From the NCBI RefSeq assembly GCF_042089775.1, contig NZ_JBELKF010000003.1:35767-99766 (forward strand): a stretch of DNA of 64,000 nucleotides, given 5' to 3'. Under the pieces are notes generated by a model. That model searched no databases, was not told the origin of the DNA, and saw only the letters and a program-made list of their open reading frames with translations. This document shows positions 27,734-38,379 of this stretch, piece by piece. A program made the position numbers and the translations under genes. Positions within the stretch are counted from its first letter, which is position 1, and each line of letters starts with the position of its first letter. The stretch comes from Palleronia sp. Its GTDB lineage: Bacteria > Pseudomonadota > Alphaproteobacteria > Rhodobacterales > Rhodobacteraceae.

Positions 27734-28942
27734 TTAGATCGGCCGCCCCTGCAGCAGCTTGGGGTTATCGCCGGTCAGTCCCGCAGCCTCGCGGATGAAG
27801 CCGCGGCGCAGGCCGGACAGCCGCTGAACTGCCGCCAGCCCCAGGTTGCGGGCCAATCGCACGGCCGGATTGTCGTTCGAAAACAGGCGGTTTACCGCGT
27901 CCGTCGACAGCGCCAGCGTCGCCACATCGAACCGCCGCCAGCGCTCGTACCGCTCCAGCACGTCGAGCCGTCCGATATCTTCGCCCCGGCGCTTCGCGAG
28001 GGCCAGAACCTCGGCTAGCGCCGCCACGTCCTTCAGACCCGCATTCAGTCCCTGCCCGGCGATGGGGTGGACGGCGTGCGCGGCATCACCTGCCAGCGCG
28101 ACGCGCGGCGCGGCGAAACGATTGGCGACCGACAGGCCCAATGGATAGGTGAATCGCGCCCCGGCCAGCGCGATATCACCCAGGAAGTCCCCGAAACGCG
28201 GGCGCAGCACGTCGAGGTAGTCGGCATCGGGCAGGGCGGTGATCGCTTTGGCCCGATCGCGCCTTTCGGTCCAGACGATCGAGGCACGGTTGTCCTTCAG
28301 CGGCAGGATCGCCAGCGGCCCCTCGGGCATGAAGAACTGGTGCGCCACGCCCCCGTGGTCGACCTCGTGCGAGATTGCGGCGACCAACGCCGACTGTCCA
28401 TAGTCCCATCCCGTGCGCCGGATGCCCGCCCGCTGCGCCACGGCGGACCGCTTTCCGTCGCAGCCGATCAGGACGCGGGCGCTCAGGCTGTCGCCATTGG
28501 TCAGCGTCACGCGGACACCCGCAGGCCCGGCCTCTTGCGCCGTCACTCCGGCCTCGATCAGGGTTACGTCGGCCAGAGCGTTCAGCAGCGCGGGGCGCAG
28601 GTGGCGGTCCTCGACCATGTGGCCCATCGGGCCTTCCTCGATTTCGGCATGGTCGAAATGGAGGGTCAGGGGCGACGGCCCCTCTCCGGCGCGGCCGTCC
28701 GAGACGCGGATGTCGAGGATCGGCTGCGCATCCGCCGCGACCGCACCCCAGACGCCGATGGCGCCAAGCAGGTTGCGCGAGCCGATCGACAATGCATAGC
28801 TGCGCCCGTCGAACCATTCGGCCCCGCGGGTCTTTGCCGGAACGGGGTCGACAAGAGCCACCGAGAGGCCGGTTTGCGACAGGGCGATTGCGAGGGCCGA
28901 GCCCGCGAGGCCGCCCCCGGCGAGAATGACATCATGGTCCAT
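27734..28942 (-). CDS. UbiH/UbiF/Coq6-family FAD-dependent hydroxylase
   Basis: Track ORF 27734..28978. It carries DVILAGGGLAGSALA (GxGxxG), GDAAHAVHPIAGQGLN, and the typical C-terminus. Confidence 0.85.
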   Translation of the reverse strand: MDHDVILAGGGLAGSALAIALSQTGLSVALVDPVPAKTRGAEWFDGRSYALSIGSRNLLGAIGVWGAVAADAQPILDIRVSDGRAGEGPSPLTLHFDHAEIEEGPMGHMVEDRHLRPALLNALADVTLIEAGVTAQEAGPAGVRVTLTNGDSLSARVLIGCDGKRSAVAQRAGIRRTGWDYGQSALVAAISHEVDHGGVAHQFFMPEGPLAILPLKDNRASIVWTERRDRAKAITALPDADYLDVLRPRFGDFLGDIALAGARFTYPLGLSVANRFAAPRVALAGDAAHAVHPIAGQGLNAGLKDVAALAEVLALAKRRGEDIGRLDVLERYERWRRFDVATLALSTDAVNRLFSNDNPAVRLARNLGLAAVQRLSGLRRGFIREAAGLTGDNPKLLQGRPI

Positions 28943-29012
28943 ACGCCGGACTATGGCGCGACGGGCGCGATTGTCCATGCGCGCCTGTGACGCGACAGGG
29001 AAAGGGACGGGG

Positions 29013-30338
29013 ATGAGCGACTGGGCAGGGAAAAGTGCGGCCGAGCTGGGCCGCGGGATCGGCGAAGGGCGGATCGATCCCGTCGACCTGACCGAGGCCG
29101 CGCTGTCCGCGATCGACGGTCACGACCTGTCCCCCCGCATCTACGCCCGCGCCACCCCCGACCGCGCCCGGGCCGAGGCTGCTGCCGCGCGAAAACGTGC
29201 GCAGGCCGGGGTGCGCAGAGGGCTGCTCGACGGGGTGCCGATCTCGTGGAAGGACCTCTACGACACGGCCGGGATCGCGACAGAAGCCGGTAGCCGCCTG
29301 CTGAAGGGGCGCGTGCCGGCGCAGGACGCGGACGTTCTGGCGCACGCATCGGCCGAGGGGCTCGTGTGCCTTGGCAAGACCCACATGAGCGAACTCGCGT
29401 TCTCGGGTCTCGGCCTGAACCCCTCGACCGCGACGCCGCCTTGCGTGAACGACTCGGCGGCGGTTTCCGGCGGCTCGTCCTCGGGCGCGGCGGCATCGGT
29501 GGCCTTCGGGCTGGCGGCGGGGGCGATCGGGTCCGACACGGGCGGCTCGATCCGGGTGCCCGCCGCGTGGAACGATCTCGTGGGGCTCAAGGCCACCCAC
29601 GGCGTGCTGCCGATGCGGGGCGTGGTGCCGCTGTGCCCGTCTTTCGACACGCTCGGGCCGATTGCCCGCACGGTCGAGGATTGCGCGCTTCTGTTGGGCG
29701 CGATGGGTGGCCCCGCGCCGGATCTCGCTGGCGAGCCGCTGGCGGGCAAGCGGTTCATGGTGCTCGAGACCGCCGCGATGGAAGGGCTCGAGGGACCGGT
29801 CGGCGCTGCGTTCGACGATGCACTCGACCGCCTGTCGCGCGCCGGTGCCCGGATCGAGCGCGGCGAGGCGCCCTCGGTCGAGCGGGCGATGCCGCTGTCG
29901 GCGACGCTCTTCGCCGCCGAGGCCTACGGCATCTGGCGCGATGTGATCGAAGCCAAGCCCGACCTGATGTTCGCTCAGGTGCGCGAGCGGTTCCGGGGCG
30001 GCCGCGAGTTCGGCGCAGCAGATTACGTCGCCGCCCGGACCCTGCTGGACAAGCTGCGGGCAGAGTATCTGCGCGAGACCGCCGGCTATGACGCTGTCCT
30101 GCTGCCGACCTGCCCGATCCTTCCGCCCGAGGCCGCACGGCTGGAAGCCGACAGCGACTACTATGTCGCGCGCAACCTCCTGACGCTCAGGAACACGCGC
30201 ATCGGCAACCTCATGGGTCTGCCGGGGCTGAGCGTCCCAACGGGTGCGCCCTCCGTCGGGCTGCTGATCCAGACGCCGCCCCGGACCGAGGCGCGGCTGC
30301 TTCGGATTGGCCGGGCCGTCGAATCGGCGCTTGCCTAA
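29013..30338 (+). CDS. amidase-signature family amidase
   Basis: Internal ATG of track ORF 28926..30338. GGSSSGAAASVA and SDTGGSIRVPAA are the AS-family motifs. Confidence 0.85.
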   Translation: MSDWAGKSAAELGRGIGEGRIDPVDLTEAALSAIDGHDLSPRIYARATPDRARAEAAAARKRAQAGVRRGLLDGVPISWKDLYDTAGIATEAGSRLLKGRVPAQDADVLAHASAEGLVCLGKTHMSELAFSGLGLNPSTATPPCVNDSAAVSGGSSSGAAASVAFGLAAGAIGSDTGGSIRVPAAWNDLVGLKATHGVLPMRGVVPLCPSFDTLGPIARTVEDCALLLGAMGGPAPDLAGEPLAGKRFMVLETAAMEGLEGPVGAAFDDALDRLSRAGARIERGEAPSVERAMPLSATLFAAEAYGIWRDVIEAKPDLMFAQVRERFRGGREFGAADYVAARTLLDKLRAEYLRETAGYDAVLLPTCPILPPEAARLEADSDYYVARNLLTLRNTRIGNLMGLPGLSVPTGAPSVGLLIQTPPRTEARLLRIGRAVESALA

Positions 30339-30455
30339 AAGACACAGGCAAGCCCGACCGGGTGGGCGGGGGCCGGTCATTTTCTGGACCACTGGCGCCG
30401 CGGCGCGCTAGGTTGCTTTCAACGAATGGGGCGAAAGACCCCGGATTTGAGGCAC

Positions 30456-31628
30456 ATGATGCAGTATCCCAGGCGGTTCGAGGCTCTGCCCGACTACGCA
30501 TTTCCGCGTCTGCGCACCCTGCTCGACCATCACGAGGCGGGCGGCCCGGTGCTGCACATGTCCATCGGCGAGCCGCGTCACGATCCGCCGGCCTTCCTTG
30601 CCGACGTGATGGTCGAGTCGATTGGCGACTTCGCCCGCTATCCCGCCAATGACGGCACGCCCACACTTCAGACCGAGATCGCCGGTTGGCTGGACCGCCG
30701 ATATGGCGTGACCGTCGAAGGCGGCACGCAGGTCCTGCCCCTGAACGGCACGCGTGAGGGGCTGTTCAACGCCGCCGTCGCGCTCTGCCCCGAGGGTGCG
30801 CCGGTCGTGCTGACGCCGAACCCGTTCTATCAGGTCTATGCCGTCGCCGCGCTGGCGATGGGGGCCGATCCGATCTACGTGCCCGCCACGCGCGAGACGG
30901 GATTCCTGCCGGACTACGCCGGCCTCTCGCCCGAGGTACTGGAGCGGACGGCGATTGCCTATATCTGCTCGCCCTCGAACCCGCAGGGCGCCGTGGCGGA
31001 TCGCGGTTACTGGCGCGACCTCATCGCACTGGCCGAGAAGCACGATTTCCGCATCTTCGCGGACGAGTGCTACTCCGAGGTCTATCGCGGCACCCCGCCT
31101 CCGGGCGCGATGGAAGTCGCCGCCGAGATGGGCGCCGATCCCGAGCGGGTGGTGATCTTTCACTCGCTGTCCAAGCGGTCGAACCTGCCCGGCCTGCGCT
31201 CGGGCTTTGCCGCGGGCGGGCCGAAGTCGATGGCGCGCCTCAAGCAGCTGCGTGCCTTTGCCGGTGCGCCGCTGCCCGGCCCGATCCAGGCGGTCAGCGC
31301 CCGGGCCTGGGCCGACGAGGCGCATGTCGAGGCCTCGCGCGCCCGCTATGTCACCAAGTTCGCCATTGCCGACGAGATCCTCGGCGACGTGCCGGGCTAT
31401 GTCCCGCCCGAGGCCGGGTTCTTCCTTTGGCTTCCGGTCGAGGATGGCGAGGCGGCGGTCCTGAAACTGTGGCAGCAGACTGGCATTCGCGCCTTGCCGG
31501 GCGCCTATCTCAGTCGTGAGGTGCGTGGGGAGAACCCCGGCGCAGGGTTTGTGAGGGTGGCCTTGGTCGCCAGTGAAGATGAAGTGAGGCAGGGGCTGAG
31601 GAAGCTCCGCGCCTGTCTCTATGGGTAA
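30456..31628 (+). CDS. class I/II PLP-dependent aminotransferase
   Basis: Track ORF 30426..31628. It carries PNPFYQ, SPSNPQG and the PLP-Lys motif [14 protein letters not shown]. Confidence 0.85.
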   Translation: MMQYPRRFEALPDYAFPRLRTLLDHHEAGGPVLHMSIGEPRHDPPAFLADVMVESIGDFARYPANDGTPTLQTEIAGWLDRRYGVTVEGGTQVLPLNGTREGLFNAAVALCPEGAPVVLTPNPFYQVYAVAALAMGADPIYVPATRETGFLPDYAGLSPEVLERTAIAYICSPSNPQGAVADRGYWRDLIALAEKHDFRIFADECYSEVYRGTPPPGAMEVAAEMGADPERVVIFHSLSKRSNLPGLRSGFAAGGPKSMARLKQLRAFAGAPLPGPIQAVSARAWADEAHVEASRARYVTKFAIADEILGDVPGYVPPEAGFFLWLPVEDGEAAVLKLWQQTGIRALPGAYLSREVRGENPGAGFVRVALVASEDEVRQGLRKLRACLYG

Positions 31629-31638
31629 GAGGAACAGG

Positions 31639-34600
31639 ATGGCCTATCAGACACGCAGCCGAAGCCCGCTCTTCGACAGCGACACGCAGGAAATTCTGGA
31701 AAAACGCGGCCGCGAGCTGATCGGCCTGGCGCTGTTAGGTGCCGGGGTGGTGCTGGCGCTGATGTTGGGCAGCTACGTGCCCGACGACCCCTCGTGGCTC
31801 GCCGCAACCTCGGAACCCGCGCAGAACGTCTTTGGCCGCATGGGCGCTTCGATCGCCTCGCCCATGATCATCATCGCGGGCCTTGGCGCTTGGGGCATCC
31901 CGGCCGCTCTGTTCGTCTGGGGCGGACGGTTCCTGATCCATACCGGCGCCTATCGCGCCCTGTCGCGCGCCGTCTTCGTGCCGATCGGCATTGCGCTGGT
32001 GTCGGTCTACCTGGCAACCCATGCGCCGGGGCCTGACTGGGGGCAGAGCTTTGGCCTCGGCGGCATGTTCGGCGACATGGCGCTGGGCGCGCTTCTGGGC
32101 CTCGTGGGCGTGCAGGGTGCATTCGGGCTGAAGATGACCGCGCTTCTGGTGATGGTTGCGACTTGGCTGATGGGGGCCTTCGTGCTCGGCTTCACCCGGA
32201 CCGAACTTTCCGGCATCGGTCGCTGGCTCGTCCGTAGCACAGTCGTCAGCTATGCCAGCCTCGTCGCTCTTCTGGGGTTTGGTCAGCGGGGGCTGGCGCA
32301 GGGCGTGACGGCCGGGGCCCGCGCGGCTGCGGAGCGGACGCGTGCGGTGCGCGAGGCGCGGGCCGAACGGCGCGTGACCGAGGTCGAGGACGACGAGGAT
32401 GACGTGTTCGACGCTGCCCCTGTTGCGGCGCCGATGCCGCGAGTCCTTCGTGCGCCCGCCCCGATCGAGCACGATTGGCCCGAGTTCGGCGATGACCGGG
32501 ACGAGGATGACGGCTTCCGCCCCTTCGATGACGACCACGACGCCGAGCCTGCGGAGGCGCCCGGCTTCCTGACCCGCCTTGGCGGCAGGCTTGGCCTGAA
32601 GACGACGGACGCGCCCGAATTCCTCCCCGAGGTCGAGATGCCGGAGCCCGATGCCGGCGACGACCGCATCGCGGGCAAGATCACGGACGCGATCCGCAGC
32701 CGCGCGCGGTCCCGCACGGGGCTGGGTCACCGCCGGGTCGAGCCCAGCATCAAAGGTCGCAAGCACCCCCGCGGACCCCAGCCGCTGCTGTTCAAGCCGG
32801 CGCCCGAAGCCCCGGTCGAGATGCCGCCCGAACCCGACGCCTACGTGGCCGAGGCGGACATGGAGCAGCCGCACCACGATCTGCACCACGCGCCCGAGCC
32901 GGAGGACTACGACGAGGCTGCCTACGTGCCCCCCTGCGATATTGAGGAGGACGAAGCCGAGGAGCAGAGCTTCCCTGCCTCCGAACTGCCAGAGCCCGGC
33001 ACCGTGCCCGTCACCCCGATGGCCCCGCGTTTTGCCCCTAGGGTCGAGCGTGAGGCCCCGAAGGCCAAGGTGCAGCACGTCCAGAACAAGCCGTTCCGCC
33101 CGTCCAAGCGCGCCGAGGCCGAGGCGCAGCCCGGCCTGTCCTTCGACGAACGCGAGGCCGCCTACGAGCATCCGCCCCTGCACCTTCTGACCGACCCCAA
33201 GACGGTCGAACGCCACGTGCTGTCCGACGAGGCGCTGGAAGAGAACGCCCGGATGCTGGAAACGGTGCTCGACGATTACGGTGTGAAGGGCGAGATCGTC
33301 AGCGTCCGTCCCGGCCCCGTCGTCACGATGTACGAACTCGAACCCGCGCCGGGTCTGAAGGCCAGCCGTGTCATCGGCCTGGCCGACGACATCGCCCGGT
33401 CGATGTCGGCCCTGTCGGCGCGGGTGTCGACGGTGCCCGGCCGGTCGGTCATCGGCATTGAACTGCCCAACGAGAATCGCGAGATCTGCGTCCTGCGCGA
33501 GATCCTGTCGTCGCGCGAGTTCGACAACGCCAAGCACCAGCTTCCGCTCGCGCTCGGCAAGGATATCGGTGGCGATCCGATCGTCGCGAACCTTGCCAAG
33601 ATGCCCCACCTGCTGATCGCGGGCACCACCGGTTCGGGCAAATCCGTGGCGATCAACACGATGATCCTGTCGCTGCTCTACCGGCTGACGCCGGAAGAGT
33701 GCCGGATGATCATGATCGACCCGAAGATGCTGGAACTGTCGGTCTATGACGGCATTCCGCACCTGCTGTCGCCCGTGGTCACGGACCCCAAGAAGGCCGT
33801 CGTCGCCCTGAAATGGGTCGTGGCCGAGATGGAGGACCGCTACCGCAAGATGTCCAAGATGGGCGTCCGCAACATCGAGGGCTACAACGCCCGCGTCCGC
33901 GACGCGCTGAAGAAGGGCGAACTGTTCGAGCGCACGGTGCAGACCGGCTTCGACGACGAGACCGGTGAGCCGGTGTTCGAGACCGAAGAGATCCAGCCCG
34001 AGATCCTGCCCTTCATCGTCGTGGTCGTTGACGAGATGGCCGACCTGATGATGGTCGCCGGCAAGGAAATCGAAGCCTGTATCCAGCGTCTCGCGCAGAT
34101 GGCACGAGCCAGCGGCATCCACCTCATCATGGCGACGCAGCGCCCGTCGGTGGACGTCATCACCGGCACGATCAAGGCGAACTTCCCCACGCGGATCTCG
34201 TTCAGCGTGACCTCGAAAATCGACAGCCGGACCATTCTGGGCGAGCAGGGGGCCGAGCAGCTTCTGGGCATGGGCGACATGCTTTACATGGCGGGCGGGT
34301 CCAAGATCACCCGCGTCCACGGGCCCTTCTGCTCGGACGAGGAAGTCGAGGAAATCGTCAACTACCTCAAGAGCTTCGGTCCACCCGACTACAAGTCCGG
34401 CGTGGTCGAGGGGCCCGACGAGGACAAGGAAAGCGACATTGACGCGGTCCTCGGCCTTGCCGGCGGGGGCGGATCGGGCCGGGAGGGCGACGACGCGCTC
34501 TACGACCAGGCGGTCGCGATCGTCGCGAAGGATCGCAAGTGCTCGACCAGCTATATCCAGCGCAAGCTGGGTATCGGCTACAACAAGGCCGCGCGCCTCG

Positions 34601-34683
34601 TTGAGCAGATGGAGGATCAGAACGTGGTCTCCAGCGCGAACCATGTGGGCAAGCGCGAGGTCCTCGTCCCCGAGGTGAACTGA
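31639..34683 (+). CDS. ftsK: DNA translocase FtsK
   Basis: Track ORF 31621..34683. It has N-terminal TM helices, an acidic/Pro-rich linker, Walker [19 protein letters not shown], and a C-terminal winged helix (gamma domain: [24 protein letters not shown]). Confidence 0.95.
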   Translation: MAYQTRSRSPLFDSDTQEILEKRGRELIGLALLGAGVVLALMLGSYVPDDPSWLAATSEPAQNVFGRMGASIASPMIIIAGLGAWGIPAALFVWGGRFLIHTGAYRALSRAVFVPIGIALVSVYLATHAPGPDWGQSFGLGGMFGDMALGALLGLVGVQGAFGLKMTALLVMVATWLMGAFVLGFTRTELSGIGRWLVRSTVVSYASLVALLGFGQRGLAQGVTAGARAAAERTRAVREARAERRVTEVEDDEDDVFDAAPVAAPMPRVLRAPAPIEHDWPEFGDDRDEDDGFRPFDDDHDAEPAEAPGFLTRLGGRLGLKTTDAPEFLPEVEMPEPDAGDDRIAGKITDAIRSRARSRTGLGHRRVEPSIKGRKHPRGPQPLLFKPAPEAPVEMPPEPDAYVAEADMEQPHHDLHHAPEPEDYDEAAYVPPCDIEEDEAEEQSFPASELPEPGTVPVTPMAPRFAPRVEREAPKAKVQHVQNKPFRPSKRAEAEAQPGLSFDEREAAYEHPPLHLLTDPKTVERHVLSDEALEENARMLETVLDDYGVKGEIVSVRPGPVVTMYELEPAPGLKASRVIGLADDIARSMSALSARVSTVPGRSVIGIELPNENREICVLREILSSREFDNAKHQLPLALGKDIGGDPIVANLAKMPHLLIAGTTGSGKSVAINTMILSLLYRLTPEECRMIMIDPKMLELSVYDGIPHLLSPVVTDPKKAVVALKWVVAEMEDRYRKMSKMGVRNIEGYNARVRDALKKGELFERTVQTGFDDETGEPVFETEEIQPEILPFIVVVVDEMADLMMVAGKEIEACIQRLAQMARASGIHLIMATQRPSVDVITGTIKANFPTRISFSVTSKIDSRTILGEQGAEQLLGMGDMLYMAGGSKITRVHGPFCSDEEVEEIVNYLKSFGPPDYKSGVVEGPDEDKESDIDAVLGLAGGGGSGREGDDALYDQAVAIVAKDRKCSTSYIQRKLGIGYNKAARLVEQMEDQNVVSSANHVGKREVLVPEVN

Positions 34684-34692
34684 CCGCAGAAC

Positions 34693-34733
34693 AAAAAACG
34701 CCCGGCGCGGGGGAGGACCCGCGCCGGGCGTTT
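34693..34733. terminator. bidirectional rho-independent terminator
   Basis: AAAAAA-ACGCCCGGCGCGGG-GGAGGA-CCCGCGCCGGGCGT-TTT. The 14-bp stem lies between convergent ftsK and dps. Confidence 0.85.
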
Positions 34734-34751
34734 GGCCGTTCAACCTCTGGA

Positions 34752-35243
34752 TCAGGCGTTCGACGGCTCGGGCATGTTCGCGGCGATGAACCACGCGTCC
34801 TTGTCGATCTGGCGCGAAACCTCGGTGAACAGGTCTTCGGTGTCGTCGTCGCCGATCTCGCCCGCCTCGTCGATGGCGGCGCGGATCTTGGCGCCCACGT
34901 CCAGGAACCGCTCGCGCAGCGCCTCGAGATGGACCTGAAGGTCCCGCTCGTTCAGCGGGTAGGGCTTCATGGTCGTCTTCTCGGCGACCACCTCGGCCGT
35001 GCCGTCGGCGAACCCGCCAAGGATCACGGCGCGCTCGGCGATCAGGTCCGAGCTTTCGCGCAGGCGGTCCGCCACTTCGTCGAGCAGCTCGTGCACGCCG
35101 ATGAAGCCGGGGCCGCGCAGGTTCCAGTGCGCCTGCTTCGTCGCCAGCGCCAGCGAGATCACGTCGCTGAGACGGGCGTTCAGCACGTCGACGACCTTGA
35201 AGCGTGTGTTGTCGTTCAGGCCTTGGACAAATGCTTCGGGCAT
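34752..35243 (-). CDS. dps: Dps family DNA-protection/ferritin-like protein
   Basis: Track ORF 34752..35243. It carries KQAHWNLRGPGFIGVHELLDE and the ferroxidase-site residues, with GGAGG upstream. Confidence 0.9.
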   Translation of the reverse strand: MPEAFVQGLNDNTRFKVVDVLNARLSDVISLALATKQAHWNLRGPGFIGVHELLDEVADRLRESSDLIAERAVILGGFADGTAEVVAEKTTMKPYPLNERDLQVHLEALRERFLDVGAKIRAAIDEAGEIGDDDTEDLFTEVSRQIDKDAWFIAANMPEPSNA

Positions 35244-35415
35244 GGTGCCTCCTTCATCGAAATGAAAACGGTGGGGCGCAACACGCCCCTTTCCCAGTCA
35301 AAGCGGCAGGTGTCGGGGCGGTTCCCCGCGATGACGACGCACGGTTATGGGATGACGATGGCGTCCTGCGGCAGGTTGCCTATATCGAATGCGAACCCAA
35401 GACCCGGAGTCCCAC

Positions 35416-36030
35416 ATGCTCACCCGCAGAACATTCGTCGCCGCATCGGCCGCCACCGCCGGTCTGGCTGTCGCAAGACCGGCCCTGGCCGCGCCGATCC
35501 CGCTGTCGCGCCTGTCGCAGTACCTCAACAGCCTGACGACCGCGCAGGCCAAGTTCACGCAGATCAACAGTGACGGCTCGACCTCGACGGGGACGCTGTA
35601 CCTCCACCGCCCCGGCCGGTTGCGGTTCGATTACGATCCCCCGGTCGAGGATCTGGTCATGGCCGGTGGCGGCTCGGTCGCGGTGTTCGACGGCCGGTCG
35701 AACAGCGTGAACCCCGAGACCTATCCGCTGAGCCAGACGCCGCTGTCGATCATCCTCGGCCAGAACGTGAATCTCGGCCAGGCGGGGATGCTTCAGGGCC
35801 ACCGCCAGGAGGGCAACAAGACCATCGTCACGGTTCAGGACCCGCAGCGGCCGCAATACGGCGCGCTGGAGCTGGTGTTCACCGACAACCCGATGACGCT
35901 GCGCCAGTGGGTGGTGATCGACGGACAGGGCAACCGCACGACGACCGCCCTGTCGGGGCTCCAGCCCGTCGGCAACCTGCCCGCCACCTACTTCTCGATC
36001 CCGACCGAGATCAGCAAGCGCGGCGGCTAA
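35416..36030 (+). CDS. lolA: outer-membrane lipoprotein carrier protein LolA-like
   Basis: Internal ATG of track ORF 35389..36030. It has a signal peptide (RRTFVAASAATAGLAVARPALA), then LSQYLNSLTTAQAKFTQ and GRLRFDYDPP. Confidence 0.75.
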   Translation: MLTRRTFVAASAATAGLAVARPALAAPIPLSRLSQYLNSLTTAQAKFTQINSDGSTSTGTLYLHRPGRLRFDYDPPVEDLVMAGGGSVAVFDGRSNSVNPETYPLSQTPLSIILGQNVNLGQAGMLQGHRQEGNKTIVTVQDPQRPQYGALELVFTDNPMTLRQWVVIDGQGNRTTTALSGLQPVGNLPATYFSIPTEISKRGG

Positions 36031-36611
36031 AGCTTGCGGCAGGCGCGGAGCTGGTTCTCGTAGAGGATCGCCCGCGTCTGCACCTTGTCCGACACGGTCA
36101 GAAGCCACGGCTTGGCGTTGTAGCTGCCGCGCGCATAGCCCGACCGCCCCTCGTGATAGGCAAGGTACTGGTTCTTGGCGTCGCGCTTCGACACGCCAAG
36201 GCCGGTCTGTGTCTGGTGCATGTACCAGCCCATGAAATCGGTGGCGTCGTTGATATTATCGCGCTTCGCGCGGGGGCGGCTTTGCTTCTGCTTGTATTCG
36301 GCCCAGGTACCGTCCAGCGCCTGGCTGTAGCCGTAGGCCGAACTTTGCCGACCCATCGGGATCACCCCCAACGTGTAGCGCAGGGGGGTACGGGCATTGC
36401 CGATGAACTTCGATTCCTGGTGGATCGTGGCCATCTGCACGGCCACTGGGACGCCCCACTTGCGTTCGGTCCGGCGCATGGCGCGCAGGTAATGGGGCCG
36501 CTCGTTGAGAATGTCGCATGCATTCTCAAGATTTCGGGGGGCTGTGCCCTCGGTGCTGCCGCAGGACGCGACGAACAGCAGAAGGATCAGCGCACGGACG
36601 TGTCTGCTCAT
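36027..36611 (-). CDS. lipoprotein with SLT-like lytic transglycosylase motifs
   Basis: Internal ATG of track ORF 36027..37058. The lipobox is LLLFVASCG, with a catalytic-type IHQESKF and AYGYSQA. Confidence 0.6.
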   Translation of the reverse strand: MSRHVRALILLLFVASCGSTEGTAPRNLENACDILNERPHYLRAMRRTERKWGVPVAVQMATIHQESKFIGNARTPLRYTLGVIPMGRQSSAYGYSQALDGTWAEYKQKQSRPRAKRDNINDATDFMGWYMHQTQTGLGVSKRDAKNQYLAYHEGRSGYARGSYNAKPWLLTVSDKVQTRAILYENQLRACRKL

Positions 36612-36688
36612 GAAACCTGCTCGATTGATCGTTTTTTTTGGCGTGTTTTGTCCCACTCTAACCGAAGTGCCGTCACACGCAAACGGGA

Positions 36689-37570
36689 CTAGATGACCCA
36701 GGCGAGGATCAGCGGCAGATATACGACAGAGCCCAGTGTCGAGACCACGACGAGGCTTGCCACCGCGTCCGCATCCGCCCCGTATTTCGTGGCCAGCAGG
36801 TAGGACGTCACCGCCACCGGCGTCGCGACCTGAAGGACCAGCACCGCGAAGGCTACGTCCCCGAGCCCGAAGGCCCGGCCGATCAGCACGGCGACCGCGA
36901 CGCAGGCGGCCGCCTTCAGGACCGACAGCAGCGCGGGGCGGGCAAAGCTCTGCGGCGTAAGGCGGGCGATCGCCACGCCGAGGGTGATCAGCATCAGCGG
37001 AATGGCGAGCTGGCCGACAAGGCTCAGCGCATTGGTCAGGAAGGTCGGCGTCTCCCACCCTTGCCAGAGGAACAGCGCGCCCAGAAGGGTCGCGCCGACC
37101 ATCGGCTCGCGCACGACCCGCAGCAGCGATCCGCCGCCCGACACGATCCAGACGCCGACCGTGAAGGAGTAGACCGCCATCACCGCGAAGACGACGACAG
37201 CATAGCCAAGCCCCTCTTCCCCGAAGGCGAACAGCGCCAGCGGCAGGCCGAGATTGCCGGTGTTCCCGAAGACCAGCGGGGCGAGGTAGGTGCGCAGGTC
37301 CAGCCTCAGCACCAGCGCGATCCCCAACATCACCGCCGTCACCGCCGCATAGGCCGCCACGGCGGCCAGCGACACGGCCGTCAGCGCCGCCGGATCGATC
37401 CGCGTCTGCATCAGCGAGGTGAAGATCAGGCAGGGCACCCCCAGCGTCATCGACATGCGGGTGACGAACTCGATCTCGTAGTCAAAGCCCAGGCGGACCC
37501 ATGCAAAGCCGATGCCCGCCAGCAGGAAAACGGGCGCCGTGACCTCAGCCACTGTCAGGACGACGTTCAC
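36689..37570 (-). CDS. AEC (auxin efflux carrier) family transporter
   Basis: Track ORF 36689..37570. It is polytopic and hydrophobic throughout, and the 293-aa length fits the family. Confidence 0.8.
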   Translation of the reverse strand: MNVVLTVAEVTAPVFLLAGIGFAWVRLGFDYEIEFVTRMSMTLGVPCLIFTSLMQTRIDPAALTAVSLAAVAAYAAVTAVMLGIALVLRLDLRTYLAPLVFGNTGNLGLPLALFAFGEEGLGYAVVVFAVMAVYSFTVGVWIVSGGGSLLRVVREPMVGATLLGALFLWQGWETPTFLTNALSLVGQLAIPLMLITLGVAIARLTPQSFARPALLSVLKAAACVAVAVLIGRAFGLGDVAFAVLVLQVATPVAVTSYLLATKYGADADAVASLVVVSTLGSVVYLPLILAWVI

Positions 37571-37654
37571 AGTGTGTTTCCTGCAATGGCAGAGGGGGGC
37601 ATGGACAAGGTTCCTCGGCTTCTACATTCTGGGGGCAAGGATTGGAGAAGAGGC

Positions 37655-37981
37655 ATGCTGAAGACGCGCGCGCGCTATCATCTCGGGCAGGTCGTCCGTC
37701 ACCGCAAGCACCCGTTCAGGGGCGTGGTCTTTGACGTCGATCCGACCTTCGCGAATACCGAGGAATGGTACCAGTCCATTCCCGAGGAAGCGCGCCCCGC
37801 GCGCGACCAGCCGTTCTATCACCTGCTGGCCGAGAACGAGCAAAGCTACTACGTGGCCTACGTGTCCGAGCAGAACCTCGAGGCCGACTATTCGGGCGAG
37901 CCGGTAGGTCATCCCGACCTGCCCGAATTCTTCGGCGAGCTCGAGGACGGTAGCTACCCGGTGCACTTCCAGCTGAACTAG
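37655..37981 (+). CDS. hspQ: heat-shock protein HspQ (YccV hemimethylated-DNA-binding domain)
   Basis: Internal ATG of track ORF 37061..37981. It carries YHLGQVVRHRKHPFRGVVFDVDPTF...DQPFYHLLAE. Confidence 0.8.
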   Translation: MLKTRARYHLGQVVRHRKHPFRGVVFDVDPTFANTEEWYQSIPEEARPARDQPFYHLLAENEQSYYVAYVSEQNLEADYSGEPVGHPDLPEFFGELEDGSYPVHFQLN

Positions 37982-38367
37982 TCGCGCGTCTCGGCGGGAA
38001 AGCCGCGGGCGGTCCAGCCCGCGAAGCCCTCGTCCATCTCGGCGACATTCTCCATCCCCATATCCCGCAGCGTCGCCACGGCGAGCGCCGAGCGCATGGC
38101 GGCCGCGCAGAACAGGATCAGCTGCCGGTCCGTGGCGAAGACCTCGCGGTGATAGGGGCTTTCGGGATCGACCCAGAATTCCAGCATCCCGCGCGGGGCG
38201 TGGATCGCGCCGGGGATGCGCCCCGCGCGGTCCAGCTCGCGCACGTCGCGGATATCCACCAGCAGCGCCTCGCCGCGCTCGGCCCGCGCCTTGGCCTCTT
38301 CGGGCGGCAAGGTCTCGATCCGGGCCTTGGCTCGTTCGACCAGGGTTTGGGCCGGGGTGATCGGCAT
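37978..38367 (-). CDS. rhodanese-domain sulfurtransferase
   Basis: Track ORF 37978..38367. It carries LVDIRDVRE...GRIPGAIH and the active-site loop LFCAAAMRS. Confidence 0.85.
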   Translation of the reverse strand: MPITPAQTLVERAKARIETLPPEEAKARAERGEALLVDIRDVRELDRAGRIPGAIHAPRGMLEFWVDPESPYHREVFATDRQLILFCAAAMRSALAVATLRDMGMENVAEMDEGFAGWTARGFPAETRD

Positions 38368-38379
38368 GGACGTCTCCTC

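Noticed and set aside
31735-34794. 1019-aa ORF antisense to ftsK. Similar very long antisense ORFs occur at 4724..6346 (versus imuB), 20239..21915 (versus porin/yggS), 45491..47641 (versus opgG), 53881..56028 (versus pnp) and 16160..17659 (versus leuS).
   Set aside because: Their translations are Arg/Gly/Pro/Ala-rich low-complexity strings without motifs. They lie opposite genes with unambiguous family signatures. Long stop-free antisense frames are expected in DNA of roughly 66 percent GC.
35296-35325. EcfG-like motif on the minus strand upstream of dps (GGAAC at 35321-35325).
   Set aside because: The position 16-17 nt downstream reads GCTT/CTT rather than CGTT/GTT, so the -10 element does not match. 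It is too weak to call without data.
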